Shown in pieces: positions 37,718-47,340 of a DNA stretch of 64,000 bases. The stretch spans positions 9,292 through 73,291 of the forward strand of contig JBJLBX010000018.1 in NCBI GenBank assembly GCA_045567955.1. The letters run 5' to 3'. The notes under the pieces are model-generated. The model was not told where the DNA came from. It saw only the letters and a list, made by a program, of their open reading frames with translations, and did not search any database. The stretch's first letter is position 1, and every line of letters starts with the position of its first letter. The position numbers and the translations under genes were made by a program. Source of the stretch: Candidatus Poseidoniales archaeon. Its GTDB lineage: Archaea; Thermoplasmatota; Poseidoniia; MGIII; CG-Epi1.

Positions 37718-37826
37718 TCAAAAATGCGACTGAAGGGGGCTAAAAAGAGTTTAGCACATTTGTAGTGTTCTACCCATAACCTATTACACCCTACGCTATT
37801 CTGTAGCAGACGGTTAATCAAAAAAC

Positions 37827-40800
37827 ATGGTAACATACATATCTAATAGAAAAACCAAAGAAGAAGTTCTAGATGATTTTGAACCTTTAATCAGTACTTG
37901 GTTTAATAATAAATTTGATGATTTGACGCCACCACAAGCAATGGCTGTGCCATTAATAGATAATAATGAAAATGTTCTTGTTTCGAGTCCAACTGGAACT
38001 GGTAAAACCTTAACTGCATTTTTAAGTATTCTAAATAATTTTCTTAAAATTCATCGTGAAGGTAATTTTGAAGACGGCGTTCATGCCATTTATATTTCAC
38101 CACTGAAAGCTCTAGCAAATGATATTGATAGAAATTTAAAACAGCCGCTGGATGAAATGATGGTACTGGCTGAAGAACTAAACATAGACGTTCCTGAAAT
38201 TAAAGTAGCAGTTCGATCTGGTGATACCTCGCTTAAGGAAAGAGCAAGAATGGTTAGGAAACCTCCTCATATCTTAATTACTACTCCTGAGAGTTTGGGA
38301 TTATTATTATCTTCTAAAAAATTTAGAGATCATTTTAGAAAAACAAGATATATTATCCTCGATGAGATACATGACTTAGCAAATAATAAAAGAGGAACTC
38401 ATCTATCTCTTTCTGTTGAAAGGTTGGCTCAAATTATAGATCATGAGCCTGTAAGAATCGGTTTATCTGCAACACAAGCTCCAATTGAAGATATTGCTGG
38501 GTTTCTGGGAGGATATAGTAAAGGTAAACCAAGACATGTAAATATTGTAGATGTTAAAGAAAGAAAACATCTAGACTTGAAGGTTCTTTGTCCTGTTGAT
38601 GATCTTACTTTGCATTCTACTGAAGTTATTAATTCAAAAATGTATGATTTGCTTGTTGATTTAATTCAGGATCACCGTACTACCTTAATTTTTACAAATA
38701 CAAGGGCTGGAACTGAATCTATTTCTTTACAACTTAAAGAAAGAGGTATTGAAAAATTAGCTGCACATCACGGCTCTCTATCAAAAGAAATGAGATTTGA
38801 TGTAGAGAAAAAATTAAAAAAAGGAGAAATGGATGTCGTAATTTCTTCAACAAGTCTTGAACTAGGAATAGACATTGGGTATGTTGACTTAGTTGTTCAA
38901 ATTGGTTCACCTAAATCTATTGCAAAAGGATTGCAACGCATAGGAAGAGCAGGGCATGCTTTGAGAGCCATATCAAAAGGTAGACTTGTTGTCTTTGATT
39001 CTGATGACTTAATTGAATGTGCGGTTTTAGTTAAATCTGCATATGAAGGTGAAATTGATCGTGTTTCAATACCTGAAAAAGCTACCGATGTTTTAGCTCA
39101 ATCCATAATTGGAATGTCGTTAGATAGAACATGGAATGTTGAAGAAATGTATCGTCTTGTAATTTCAGCATATCCTTATCGGGACTTATCTAAAAACGAA
39201 TTTTTAGAAATATTAGATTTCTTGGGAGGAGATGCACTTGAAAAACATGGTGTTTATCCTAAAATATGGTATGATAAAACTGGCGATGAAATTGGGATAA
39301 AAAGAGGTTCAAGACAAATTTATAACATGAATATTGGCACTATTCCACAAGAAATAAACTATGCAGTAGTTCTTGAAGGGAGGGGTGCTCAGCTAGGGAA
39401 TTTATCGGAAAAATTTGTTGAAAACTTAAGTAAAAATGACATCTTTGTTCTTGGTGGAAGGACCTACCAATTTTTGGAATCGAATCGCTCAACAGTTGTT
39501 GTAAAAGATGGTCTTGGAAGAAAACCTACAGTACCTTCTTGGTCTGGTGAAATGCTGCCGCGATCTTTTGATTTGTCTGAAGCTGTTGGAAGATTTAGAG
39601 GAGAAGTTGAAGAAAAATTAAAGCTAACTGAAGATGAGATTTATAATTGGCTTGGAGATGAATATAAATTGGACAAAGGTGCTGCTAGAACCATTATTTC
39701 TCATTTGGATGAACAAAAGAAAATCTGTGGATTTATACCTTCTGATAAACGTCTTATGGTTGAGGGATATGTGGATAATAGAGGAAGAAGTGGAGCCATA
39801 TTCCATTTCCCCTTTGGTAGAAGAGTTAATGATGCCTTAGCAAGAGCATTTGCATTTCAACTTGGTAAAGAAATTGGAGGAAGTGTTCGAATTTCATTGA
39901 GTGATGATGCATTTTTACTAACATTCCCCACTAGGTTAGCGATTGAAGGGCTTGCTGACAGATTGATGCCAAAAAATTTGGAGCCATTGCTACGGAAATC
40001 TATTACTAATACTGAGATTTTTGCACAAAGATTCAGACATTGTGCTAATCGTTCATTTATGGTTTTACGTAATTATAAAGGTAGAGAGATATCATTACCA
40101 AGACAACAATTAAGAACTGCCCAAGTTTTAGAAGCTATTAACGAAGTAGGTACTTTCCCTATGTTAGAAGAAGCATATCGTGAGGTTTTACATGACGCTT
40201 TTGATTTGAAAAATGCTCAAGTTATAATAGACGACATAGGAAATAAAAAAAGAAAAATAGACTACAGAACTTATTCACCTGTTCCTTCACCATTATCTCA
40301 TAGTCTGATTCTATCTGGGCTTAGCGATATTGTTCTAATGGAAGATCGATCTGCTCTATTAAGAGAATTACATTCTCAAGTATTAGGAAGAGTTCTAGAA
40401 GAAGGAGGTGGAGATAAACCTAGATTTGAGAAAGACTTAATAGAAGGATACTTCAATGAAAAAAGACCAATTATTGGAAGTAATGAAGGTATAATTCAAG
40501 CAATAAATCAAATCGGTGGTATTTACTTACTAAGCGATCAAGAAAAATCAATCTATCGTATGTCTGATATGCCTATTGCCGAAATACAAGAACTATGTAA
40601 CTATATGATTGAAGAAAACATTGTAGAATCAGTATGGAATGGAAATAAAGATTCATTATTTGTTGTACCTGCATTAGTTCCATATTATAAGGCAATTTAT
40701 GGTATTGATGAAAAATTATCAAAAGAAGCTAAGAAAGTATATGATAAGTTGAAAAAAGTAAAAGATGTTAAATCCAAAAAGATTTGTGAAGAATTAGAGA

Positions 40801-43163
40801 AAAACTACTTAGTGTGTAAAACTCCAAATGGCATTCAGAGAAGAGATATCGCTACTACTATTTCTTACGAAAAAGCATTGGATTGGATGATTACAAAACA
40901 TCTAGGTTTTGTAGGTCCTAGATCTAAAGAGGATATTGCTTTGGAACTTAAATTATCTGAAGACATTGTCAATCAAACCTTATATGAACTTGAAGAACAA
41001 GGTGTAATTCAAGGCGGTAATTTTATTCTAGGCCGAAGTGCCCCTCAATATCTTTTAGCTGAAGATATAATCTATTTAGAAGCTCAAGCTTTAGGTGATA
41101 TAGATGTAGTTTCAGAAAAAATATTAAGAGAATATATCGATCAAAAACTCTTCCGAAAATTTTCAAGTCTCCAAACTTTATTTGATCAACATAATGATGT
41201 TGCATCACCTAGAACTGTTTATCATAGATTAGAAAATCCAGATCTAGAAGAATGGTGGGAGTGGAGAGACTCAGATGCCATACTCCAAGGAAGATTCTCA
41301 GCCGGGAAACTGAGATATGTACCTGCCAATAAAGTTGGAATGTATCAGGCTTTATTCCGAAGAGAGCCTGATGGAAAAATACAAAATTTAATCGTAGATA
41401 TGTTAAAGAGAAGTCCACCTCTTTCCAAAAGTGAAATATCAAAAGAACTAGAAATAAAAACCGAATTAGTAGATGGTGCCCTAAGAGCTTTAGAAGAGAA
41501 GCTTATGATTCATCGTTATAATAGACATAGAAATCCTTGGACTACTCACAATCGTTATCGTCTTCTTAATGAATATGAATCTCCAGAAAAACCAGAACGA
41601 AAGTTGATGATGGATCAACTACGAAGTTGTGGACCTTTAACTTTTGCTGAATTAAGAAGAGAATGTGGGCTCCCACTAAATATAACTCGAAATGTTTTGA
41701 ATTCTTTACAAGAAGATGATTTGATAGCAAAAATAGTTGTTGTTGGAGCTACTCGCCTTTTTACCTATTGTCTTAAAGAAGAAATCGAACCAATTAAAAA
41801 TACAGTGGAAAAAAGAAAAGTTAGAGTAACATCTTGGAGAGATCCTATTCTAACTCATATTAGAAGAGAAATGTATTCTTCATATGGAGAAGCGTGGACA
41901 AATCCAATTGTTCGTGGAGGTATGGTTTCAGGATATATGGAATCTTGGGCAATGTCTGGATTATTAGATGTTAGAGAAATAATCCTTGATAATAATACTC
42001 CAATTGGTGATTTTTTAGATAGTTTAGATGAATTCGCAACTTACCAAGAAAATTTCCATAGTAATATTATAAGAGTAAAAGCTTTTGCAAGCACAAAAGT
42101 TGAAGATTTAGATGATAAAATTATAAAACAATTTGAAGAAAAAGGATACCAAAGAATCCGAAATTGGTTAGTTAAAGGTCCTGTAATAAATAGAACATAT
42201 CAAGAAAGAGAAATCTATGGATATCTATTGTGGAGGCAAAGCATACATCCTGAAAAAAGATACAAGAATGCCTCAATTGCATTCCGTGAAATGGGTGGAG
42301 TAAGATCGGAATATGAGCTATCTTTAAGAATTCAAGGACGTTTCTTTCATCCAAGAGACTATGGGAATGAGATGGAATTGGTTCAAGGCGTTATGATTCC
42401 AGGGTATTCAACTTATTGTAATGTTAGAGATGCAATTATCTATAGAGATGCGCGAAATATGCCACCTGAACCTGATGATAGAAGACTATTGGCCCTAGCA
42501 ATTGATTCAAAAGGATTACCAAGAGAAGAACTTTATCGTAGAAGTGGTATGGATCCTGACTCTTTCAAACTATCTTTAGCCAGACTTTATCAATCTTTAA
42601 ATTTAGTTAGAACAGCAAGAGGAAACTATCGAACTTTACCAGTAAATAGAATATATGAACCAGAAGAAGCAAAGTTCAATGTTGTAAAAAGACTAATAAT
42701 GTCATTTGGTATTGTTTCTGCAGAAGGGCTTGGAATGCTTCTAAAAGGTGAAATACCAATGGCCGAACTCAGAAGTATCCTACTAAGATTAGAAGATGAA
42801 GATATTCTGGTTAAAGGATTTTTAAAAGAAGATAGTGAAACGCTATATTGGATTATAAAGGATGATATTGAACATGTTAAAGGCCACTTATTTCAAGGAA
42901 GTTTTGTTCTAAATCAGGGCGATAGATTAGCTCATTATCTTAGTGAAGATGTTAAACAAAAATTTGGATTAGGTGCATGTAATGTTATTTTTAGTTCAAC
43001 AAGAATGACTGGGGCATTTAAGATGTCTAAAAGAGGTAAGGATGTTACTATAATTGAATTTAAGGGAACCAATCATGAAAGACATGTTATCGAGGCATGG
43101 TGTAGACAATGGAGACTAAATCTTGAATGGGAACTAAAAACTGATGAAAAAATTGAGGTCTAA
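37827..43163 (+). CDS. lhr: Lhr-family (large helicase-related) SF2 DNA helicase, full-length form with long C-terminal winged-helix-rich domain
   Basis: 1778 aa; Lhr N-terminus (TPPQAMAVPLI..VLVSSPTGTGKT, DEIHDL, QRIGRAGH), Lhr-core domains to ~aa 900, then ~880 aa containing several winged-helix-like modules. Confidence 0.85.
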   Translation: MVTYISNRKTKEEVLDDFEPLISTWFNNKFDDLTPPQAMAVPLIDNNENVLVSSPTGTGKTLTAFLSILNNFLKIHREGNFEDGVHAIYISPLKALANDIDRNLKQPLDEMMVLAEELNIDVPEIKVAVRSGDTSLKERARMVRKPPHILITTPESLGLLLSSKKFRDHFRKTRYIILDEIHDLANNKRGTHLSLSVERLAQIIDHEPVRIGLSATQAPIEDIAGFLGGYSKGKPRHVNIVDVKERKHLDLKVLCPVDDLTLHSTEVINSKMYDLLVDLIQDHRTTLIFTNTRAGTESISLQLKERGIEKLAAHHGSLSKEMRFDVEKKLKKGEMDVVISSTSLELGIDIGYVDLVVQIGSPKSIAKGLQRIGRAGHALRAISKGRLVVFDSDDLIECAVLVKSAYEGEIDRVSIPEKATDVLAQSIIGMSLDRTWNVEEMYRLVISAYPYRDLSKNEFLEILDFLGGDALEKHGVYPKIWYDKTGDEIGIKRGSRQIYNMNIGTIPQEINYAVVLEGRGAQLGNLSEKFVENLSKNDIFVLGGRTYQFLESNRSTVVVKDGLGRKPTVPSWSGEMLPRSFDLSEAVGRFRGEVEEKLKLTEDEIYNWLGDEYKLDKGAARTIISHLDEQKKICGFIPSDKRLMVEGYVDNRGRSGAIFHFPFGRRVNDALARAFAFQLGKEIGGSVRISLSDDAFLLTFPTRLAIEGLADRLMPKNLEPLLRKSITNTEIFAQRFRHCANRSFMVLRNYKGREISLPRQQLRTAQVLEAINEVGTFPMLEEAYREVLHDAFDLKNAQVIIDDIGNKKRKIDYRTYSPVPSPLSHSLILSGLSDIVLMEDRSALLRELHSQVLGRVLEEGGGDKPRFEKDLIEGYFNEKRPIIGSNEGIIQAINQIGGIYLLSDQEKSIYRMSDMPIAEIQELCNYMIEENIVESVWNGNKDSLFVVPALVPYYKAIYGIDEKLSKEAKKVYDKLKKVKDVKSKKICEELEKNYLVCKTPNGIQRRDIATTISYEKALDWMITKHLGFVGPRSKEDIALELKLSEDIVNQTLYELEEQGVIQGGNFILGRSAPQYLLAEDIIYLEAQALGDIDVVSEKILREYIDQKLFRKFSSLQTLFDQHNDVASPRTVYHRLENPDLEEWWEWRDSDAILQGRFSAGKLRYVPANKVGMYQALFRREPDGKIQNLIVDMLKRSPPLSKSEISKELEIKTELVDGALRALEEKLMIHRYNRHRNPWTTHNRYRLLNEYESPEKPERKLMMDQLRSCGPLTFAELRRECGLPLNITRNVLNSLQEDDLIAKIVVVGATRLFTYCLKEEIEPIKNTVEKRKVRVTSWRDPILTHIRREMYSSYGEAWTNPIVRGGMVSGYMESWAMSGLLDVREIILDNNTPIGDFLDSLDEFATYQENFHSNIIRVKAFASTKVEDLDDKIIKQFEEKGYQRIRNWLVKGPVINRTYQEREIYGYLLWRQSIHPEKRYKNASIAFREMGGVRSEYELSLRIQGRFFHPRDYGNEMELVQGVMIPGYSTYCNVRDAIIYRDARNMPPEPDDRRLLALAIDSKGLPREELYRRSGMDPDSFKLSLARLYQSLNLVRTARGNYRTLPVNRIYEPEEAKFNVVKRLIMSFGIVSAEGLGMLLKGEIPMAELRSILLRLEDEDILVKGFLKEDSETLYWIIKDDIEHVKGHLFQGSFVLNQGDRLAHYLSEDVKQKFGLGACNVIFSSTRMTGAFKMSKRGKDVTIIEFKGTNHERHVIEAWCRQWRLNLEWELKTDEKIEV

Positions 43164-44017
43164 CTAAATTCTCTATAAACCTTATCAGGTATTACAGAAT
43201 GAATTCTATCAGCTTGCTTATCACTTATGATTTCTTCATCTAATGCTTTAAAAGTTTTACGAGGAACCGATTTGGGACCCATTACTGCACCAGGTCTATT
43301 AGGGTCATCTAAATAATCTGTTTCTAACATAAAATCAGAATCTCGGACTGATGCATAACGTATGTTGGTTAAAGAAGAAGTCAGAGAAACTACTAAGCCA
43401 TTGGGTTCCTCAATCGAGCCTGGACCGCCATAATGTTTTACTAAACGGTCTTTAGGAAAATTAGCTTTAGATGCAATAAATGCTAAATCAGCCATAACGT
43501 CAGGAGTGCCAGTCTCAGTGTGAAGTACAACTGAAGCATCTACTTCTTTCGCTCGAGATAATGATTCTGATAATACTTTGTTGGATAATTCCCAAATTTC
43601 AGATTCAACACTAAAGTGAGGACGGCCAAGCTCACCTAAACCTACTATTTCATTTTCACTAACTAAATTTGTGCAGTGATTTACAGCTTCAAGATATAAT
43701 TCTGAGGCTTCTAAAATAGATTTAGAATCTAATAATTTAACTAGAGTTATTGGATGTGGTGCTGCAACAACGGCAACTTTAGCGCCTACTTGACGAGCTT
43801 TGGAGGCGAGAGTTAGAGTCGTGTTGACTTGCGTTTTAAATTCTTCGAGTTTATTCCATTTATTATATGGCTTATGAACTAAAACCAATCTTGTCCCACC
43901 TGCATTTAAAAAATCTTTAACGGCCAATTCTTTTCTACCCTCTGGATCTAAATGAAAATGGTTGTCTGTAATCTCCACAAATAAGTAATTAGATGACTGC
44001 GTATAGGCTTTACTCAT
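43160..44017 (-). CDS. TatD-family metal-dependent hydrolase
   Basis: 285 aa; N-terminal DNHFHLD metal-binding motif, TIM-barrel hydrolase layout. Convergent with and overlapping the lhr stop by 4 nt. Confidence 0.7.
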   Translation of the reverse strand: MSKAYTQSSNYLFVEITDNHFHLDPEGRKELAVKDFLNAGGTRLVLVHKPYNKWNKLEEFKTQVNTTLTLASKARQVGAKVAVVAAPHPITLVKLLDSKSILEASELYLEAVNHCTNLVSENEIVGLGELGRPHFSVESEIWELSNKVLSESLSRAKEVDASVVLHTETGTPDVMADLAFIASKANFPKDRLVKHYGGPGSIEEPNGLVVSLTSSLTNIRYASVRDSDFMLETDYLDDPNRPGAVMGPKSVPRKTFKALDEEIISDKQADRIHSVIPDKVYREFS

Positions 44018-44064
44018 TTAGCAGCATAATTTTTATATCAAGTGGTTGTTAGAATAATAATAGT

Positions 44065-46149
44065 ATGACCTCTCTAAGAACCTTCATGTTTTTGGCTGTG
44101 ATAATTAGCCTTAGCTTTGCTATAAGCTCAGCAAGTGCTGAGGATGAATACGAATTTAGATTTGATGATCCTGTCAATGGAGAAGGAAATGTAGACCCTG
44201 AGGCTACAATTTACTTAAAAGTAGAAATTGAAAATTATCTAGATATTATGCATGAATTTGAATTACATATAACTAATTCTAATGATTTAGAGAGCTCTGG
44301 GATAGAAACTTGGTGGAGTAATGATGGACAAGATAATGTTTCTTCAGCTAAATCTACCTACTTATCTTCTGTTGAAGTTCCTGATTCTTCTGTAAGAGAA
44401 GGCATAACTATTACTGTAAGTGCAACCAGTAATGCGCTCTATGGAACCTATGATATTGAATTGAGATGTCGAGATAAAGATAATAGCGATCCAGAAGGGA
44501 CTAAACAATTACAGACGTTATCTGTAAGTGTTAATCAAAAGGCTGGAGTCTCTTTAGAGATAGCTGAAGAGGGATCCACGGAAGGTTCAATAGATATAGA
44601 CAGTGAAACTACATATCTTATTAAAGTTAATAATGATGGGAATAAAGAAGATACCATTAGTCTTTCATTTTCTTCAAATGATTGGGACGCTGATTTTGAT
44701 ACTAATTCAGTCACAATTCAACCATTCTCAAGCCAAAATGTAATTTTAACTATTGAAACCGATGATGATGTTGAATATGGCGAAAATGACGAGATAACTC
44801 TGATGGGAACTTCTGGGAATTCAGGAGATAAAAAAGGTACTTTAGATTTAACTACATATGTTAGAGTATTATATGGTTTAGACATCACTGCCACAACAGT
44901 TACCAAATCTGGAGAACCCGGAGATCAATTGATATTTAACTTTCAAGTAATGAATAAATGGTCTGAAAGTGTAGATTTTGAAATAACAAAAAAAGATTGG
45001 TACAGAGGAACTATTGACAATAAACCAGACTCTGGATGGGGACATAATGATGGAACTGGAACACTAGATGCCTTTGAAGAAATAACAACATCCAGTTCTA
45101 ATAGCCTAAAAATTTCCATATCTTCTAGTGCCGATGCAGGAGAAGTTGTAACTATTATTGTAATTGCTAAAGTTTCTACAGATAATGATCTTATTGGAGC
45201 AATCGAAACTGAAATACAAGTACGTGTTGAAGGAAATTATGAAGTTCAGCTATCATTGCCTCAAAGTGACAAAATATATTTAGATGCAGGGAAATCAATA
45301 AGTACCTCAAAATATATAAAAGTTAAAAATTTTGCTAAAGTCAGCGATTTAATTACTATAACTACCGATTGGGAAATTGGAGGCAATGATTGGACGAAAA
45401 CTCACGATTCTACTATTGTAATTGCTGCAAGTAGTGAAAAAGAAATTGAAATATTTGTAAAAGCTCCAACCGATGTTGAGGACGGAAATCAAGCTATCCT
45501 AAAAATTAGAGTTACTTCTGGTGGAGATGATACACAATATGATGAGAGAAGTATAACTTTTTCTGTTAATTCTGTAGCTTCTACAGCCGGACCTGAAACT
45601 GAAAAATTAGATGAAGAAGGGAATTTACCCATTGATCCTATTTGGCTAGTTTCAATTGTTCTTATAATTGGTTTAGGAAGTGCTGCTGTCTTTGGTCTTC
45701 AACAAAGATCAAAAGGCGCTTTTGGAGGGTCTGAAGAAAATACTAATGATTTTAGTGATGAATGGGCTGGCATGGAAGGTACTGCCGGAACACCACCTCC
45801 TCAGTCACCTATGGCTCCTCCGCAACCTGCTGCACCTCCTCCTGCTGCTCCTCCTGTAGCTCCACCACAACCTGCTGCCCCTCCTGCAGCTCCACCACAA
45901 CCTGCTGGAGCTCCGCCAAGCACAGCTGCAATTCCGCAGCCTGCCGCTCCACCTCCACAAGCACCTCCGCAACCTGCCGCTCCTCCTGTAGCACCCCCTC
46001 CTGCTGCACCTACTATTTTGACAGTCACAGTACCTGAAGGCGTAATGGCTGGACAACAAATACAGATTAAAGCACCTACTGGACAACTAGTGAACGTAAA
46101 GGTTCCTGAAGGGTGTGGGCCTGGTTCCCAATTCAAAATACAAATTTAA
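44065..46149 (+). CDS. acidic cell-surface protein: signal peptide, large ectodomain, single TM anchor, Pro/Ala-rich cytoplasmic tail with duplicated C-terminal motif
   Basis: 694 aa; signal peptide MTSLRTFMFLAVIISLSFAISSASA, D/E/T/S-rich beta-rich ectodomain, TM WLVSIVLIIGLGSAAVFGL, then (PPQPAAPPxAAPP)n and C-terminal VTVPEGVMAGQQIQIKAPTGQLVNVKVPEGCGPGSQFKIQI. Confidence 0.7.
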   Translation: MTSLRTFMFLAVIISLSFAISSASAEDEYEFRFDDPVNGEGNVDPEATIYLKVEIENYLDIMHEFELHITNSNDLESSGIETWWSNDGQDNVSSAKSTYLSSVEVPDSSVREGITITVSATSNALYGTYDIELRCRDKDNSDPEGTKQLQTLSVSVNQKAGVSLEIAEEGSTEGSIDIDSETTYLIKVNNDGNKEDTISLSFSSNDWDADFDTNSVTIQPFSSQNVILTIETDDDVEYGENDEITLMGTSGNSGDKKGTLDLTTYVRVLYGLDITATTVTKSGEPGDQLIFNFQVMNKWSESVDFEITKKDWYRGTIDNKPDSGWGHNDGTGTLDAFEEITTSSSNSLKISISSSADAGEVVTIIVIAKVSTDNDLIGAIETEIQVRVEGNYEVQLSLPQSDKIYLDAGKSISTSKYIKVKNFAKVSDLITITTDWEIGGNDWTKTHDSTIVIAASSEKEIEIFVKAPTDVEDGNQAILKIRVTSGGDDTQYDERSITFSVNSVASTAGPETEKLDEEGNLPIDPIWLVSIVLIIGLGSAAVFGLQQRSKGAFGGSEENTNDFSDEWAGMEGTAGTPPPQSPMAPPQPAAPPPAAPPVAPPQPAAPPAAPPQPAGAPPSTAAIPQPAAPPPQAPPQPAAPPVAPPPAAPTILTVTVPEGVMAGQQIQIKAPTGQLVNVKVPEGCGPGSQFKIQI
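45780..46020 (+). repeat. imperfect tandem ~33-nt repeats (cct/gct-rich) encoding the Pro/Ala low-complexity tail
   Basis: Repeated cctcctg(c/t)agctccaccacaacctgctgc units visible in the sequence; they generate several spurious antisense ORFs (45801..46136 etc.). Confidence 0.6.
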
Positions 46150-46225
46150 GCAGGCGTGGTCTAGTCTGGTATGACTAGGGGTTTCCAACCCCTCAACCTG
46201 GGTTCAAATCCCGGCGCCTGCACCA
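46150..46225 (+). tRNA. tRNA-Gly (anticodon UCC), CCA encoded
   Basis: GCAGGCGTGGTCTAGTCTGGTATGACTAGGGGTTTCCAACCCCTCAACCTGGGTTCAAATCCCGGCGCCTGCACCA; 7-bp acceptor GCAGGCG/CGCCTGC, anticodon stem AGGGG/CCCCT with loop TTTCCAA, T-arm CTGGG-TTCAAAT-CCCGG. Starts 1 nt after the surface-protein stop. Confidence 0.85.
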
Positions 46226-46271
46226 AATTTATGGTAAAAGAATTTATAACAGCACATATAATTTAGGGTAT

Positions 46272-47330
46272 ATGAAATATTTATCTGTCTGGATTATTGG
46301 CATACTCATCTTTTCAGGGTGCTTAGATTTTCTCGATGAAGATAACGAGAATGGAGCGCCAGTAGCTGTAATCAAAATTGAAGGTGATTCGCCTTTTGAA
46401 CCAGATACTGACATTATTTTTTCAGGTAAAGGAAGTAATGACCCTGACAATGATATTTTAGAATACTATTGGGATTTTGATAATAGTGATGGAAATGATG
46501 AAAACAAAATAGGTAGCATCAGCGAATTTGGGAAAATTATTCATTATTATTCTATTGAAAAAACATATACTGTAACATTGACAGTTAGTGATGGTGACAA
46601 GACAGCCTCAACAACGGTAAATATTAAGATTGAAAGAAGTTCAAGCGATATTAGAGCTATTGTTAATACAGATGATGAAACTGAAGCTGTGATGGATGGG
46701 GAAGAACAAATAACCTATACATTCTCAGCTGCAGAATCTGAATCTGAAAGTGATATTATAAAATATGAATGGGATTTTTCCTATGAATCTTCAGATGGTT
46801 TCACTGTGGATGAAGAATCTTCTGAACCAGAAATTAATAAGAAATTTGATTCTGGATTATATATGGTTAAAGTCAGAATTACAAACGAGGTAGGTGAAAG
46901 TGATGAATCTAGTTATTCGGATGACGTTGAATTAAAGATAAATTTTGATTACGAAACTACCAGAACTATAGATTCTGGACAACAAGAACATATTGTTCAA
47001 CTTTATGGATTGCCTGCAAGATATATCAGGGCAACATTAGAGTATGAAAGTAATTCAGTCCATACAAAAGATTTAGATTTATATTTGTATAATACTACAC
47101 AAGATAGAAATCCTGATGATAGTGATGATGAACATGTAGACAGCAATACTACACATAATAATGATGATATTGAGCAAATAAATATTATTGAATTAGATTA
47201 TTACAATAATACTGATCGTTCGTGGTTTGATGAATCACATGAGCTAGGAGATTGGACTATTGTCGTAGATCATGAAAGAACTGGTTCTTCTGAATATACT
47301 CTTAGAATTGAAGTTATTTATTGGGAATAA
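46272..47330 (+). CDS. secreted acidic lipoprotein-like protein with PKD-type repeats
   Basis: 352 aa; signal/lipobox-like MKYLSVWIIGILIFSGCLDF; repeated YYWDFDNSDG / YEWDFSYESSDG PKD-like cores; extremely D/E-rich. Confidence 0.7.
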   Translation: MKYLSVWIIGILIFSGCLDFLDEDNENGAPVAVIKIEGDSPFEPDTDIIFSGKGSNDPDNDILEYYWDFDNSDGNDENKIGSISEFGKIIHYYSIEKTYTVTLTVSDGDKTASTTVNIKIERSSSDIRAIVNTDDETEAVMDGEEQITYTFSAAESESESDIIKYEWDFSYESSDGFTVDEESSEPEINKKFDSGLYMVKVRITNEVGESDESSYSDDVELKINFDYETTRTIDSGQQEHIVQLYGLPARYIRATLEYESNSVHTKDLDLYLYNTTQDRNPDDSDDEHVDSNTTHNNDDIEQINIIELDYYNNTDRSWFDESHELGDWTIVVDHERTGSSEYTLRIEVIYWE

Positions 47331-47340
47331 TTGATTCAAA

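Noticed and set aside
37721-37826. 106-nt spacer upstream of lhr, examined for C/D-box sRNA or other ncRNA (fibrillarin is adjacent)
   Set aside because: No RUGAUGA/CUGA box pair or stable structure found; likely just the lhr promoter and the tRNA-Thr upstream region.
45762-46136. Four overlapping 60-110-aa ORFs on both strands (Cys/Ser/Thr-rich and Gly/Ala-rich)
   Set aside because: Artefacts of the GC-rich cct/gct tandem repeat that encodes the Pro/Ala tail of the surface protein; no independent start context.
37643-46225. tRNA-flanked segment as an integrated element or genomic island
   Set aside because: No integrase, recombinase, duplicated tRNA fragment or compositional discontinuity; contents are repair and surface genes.
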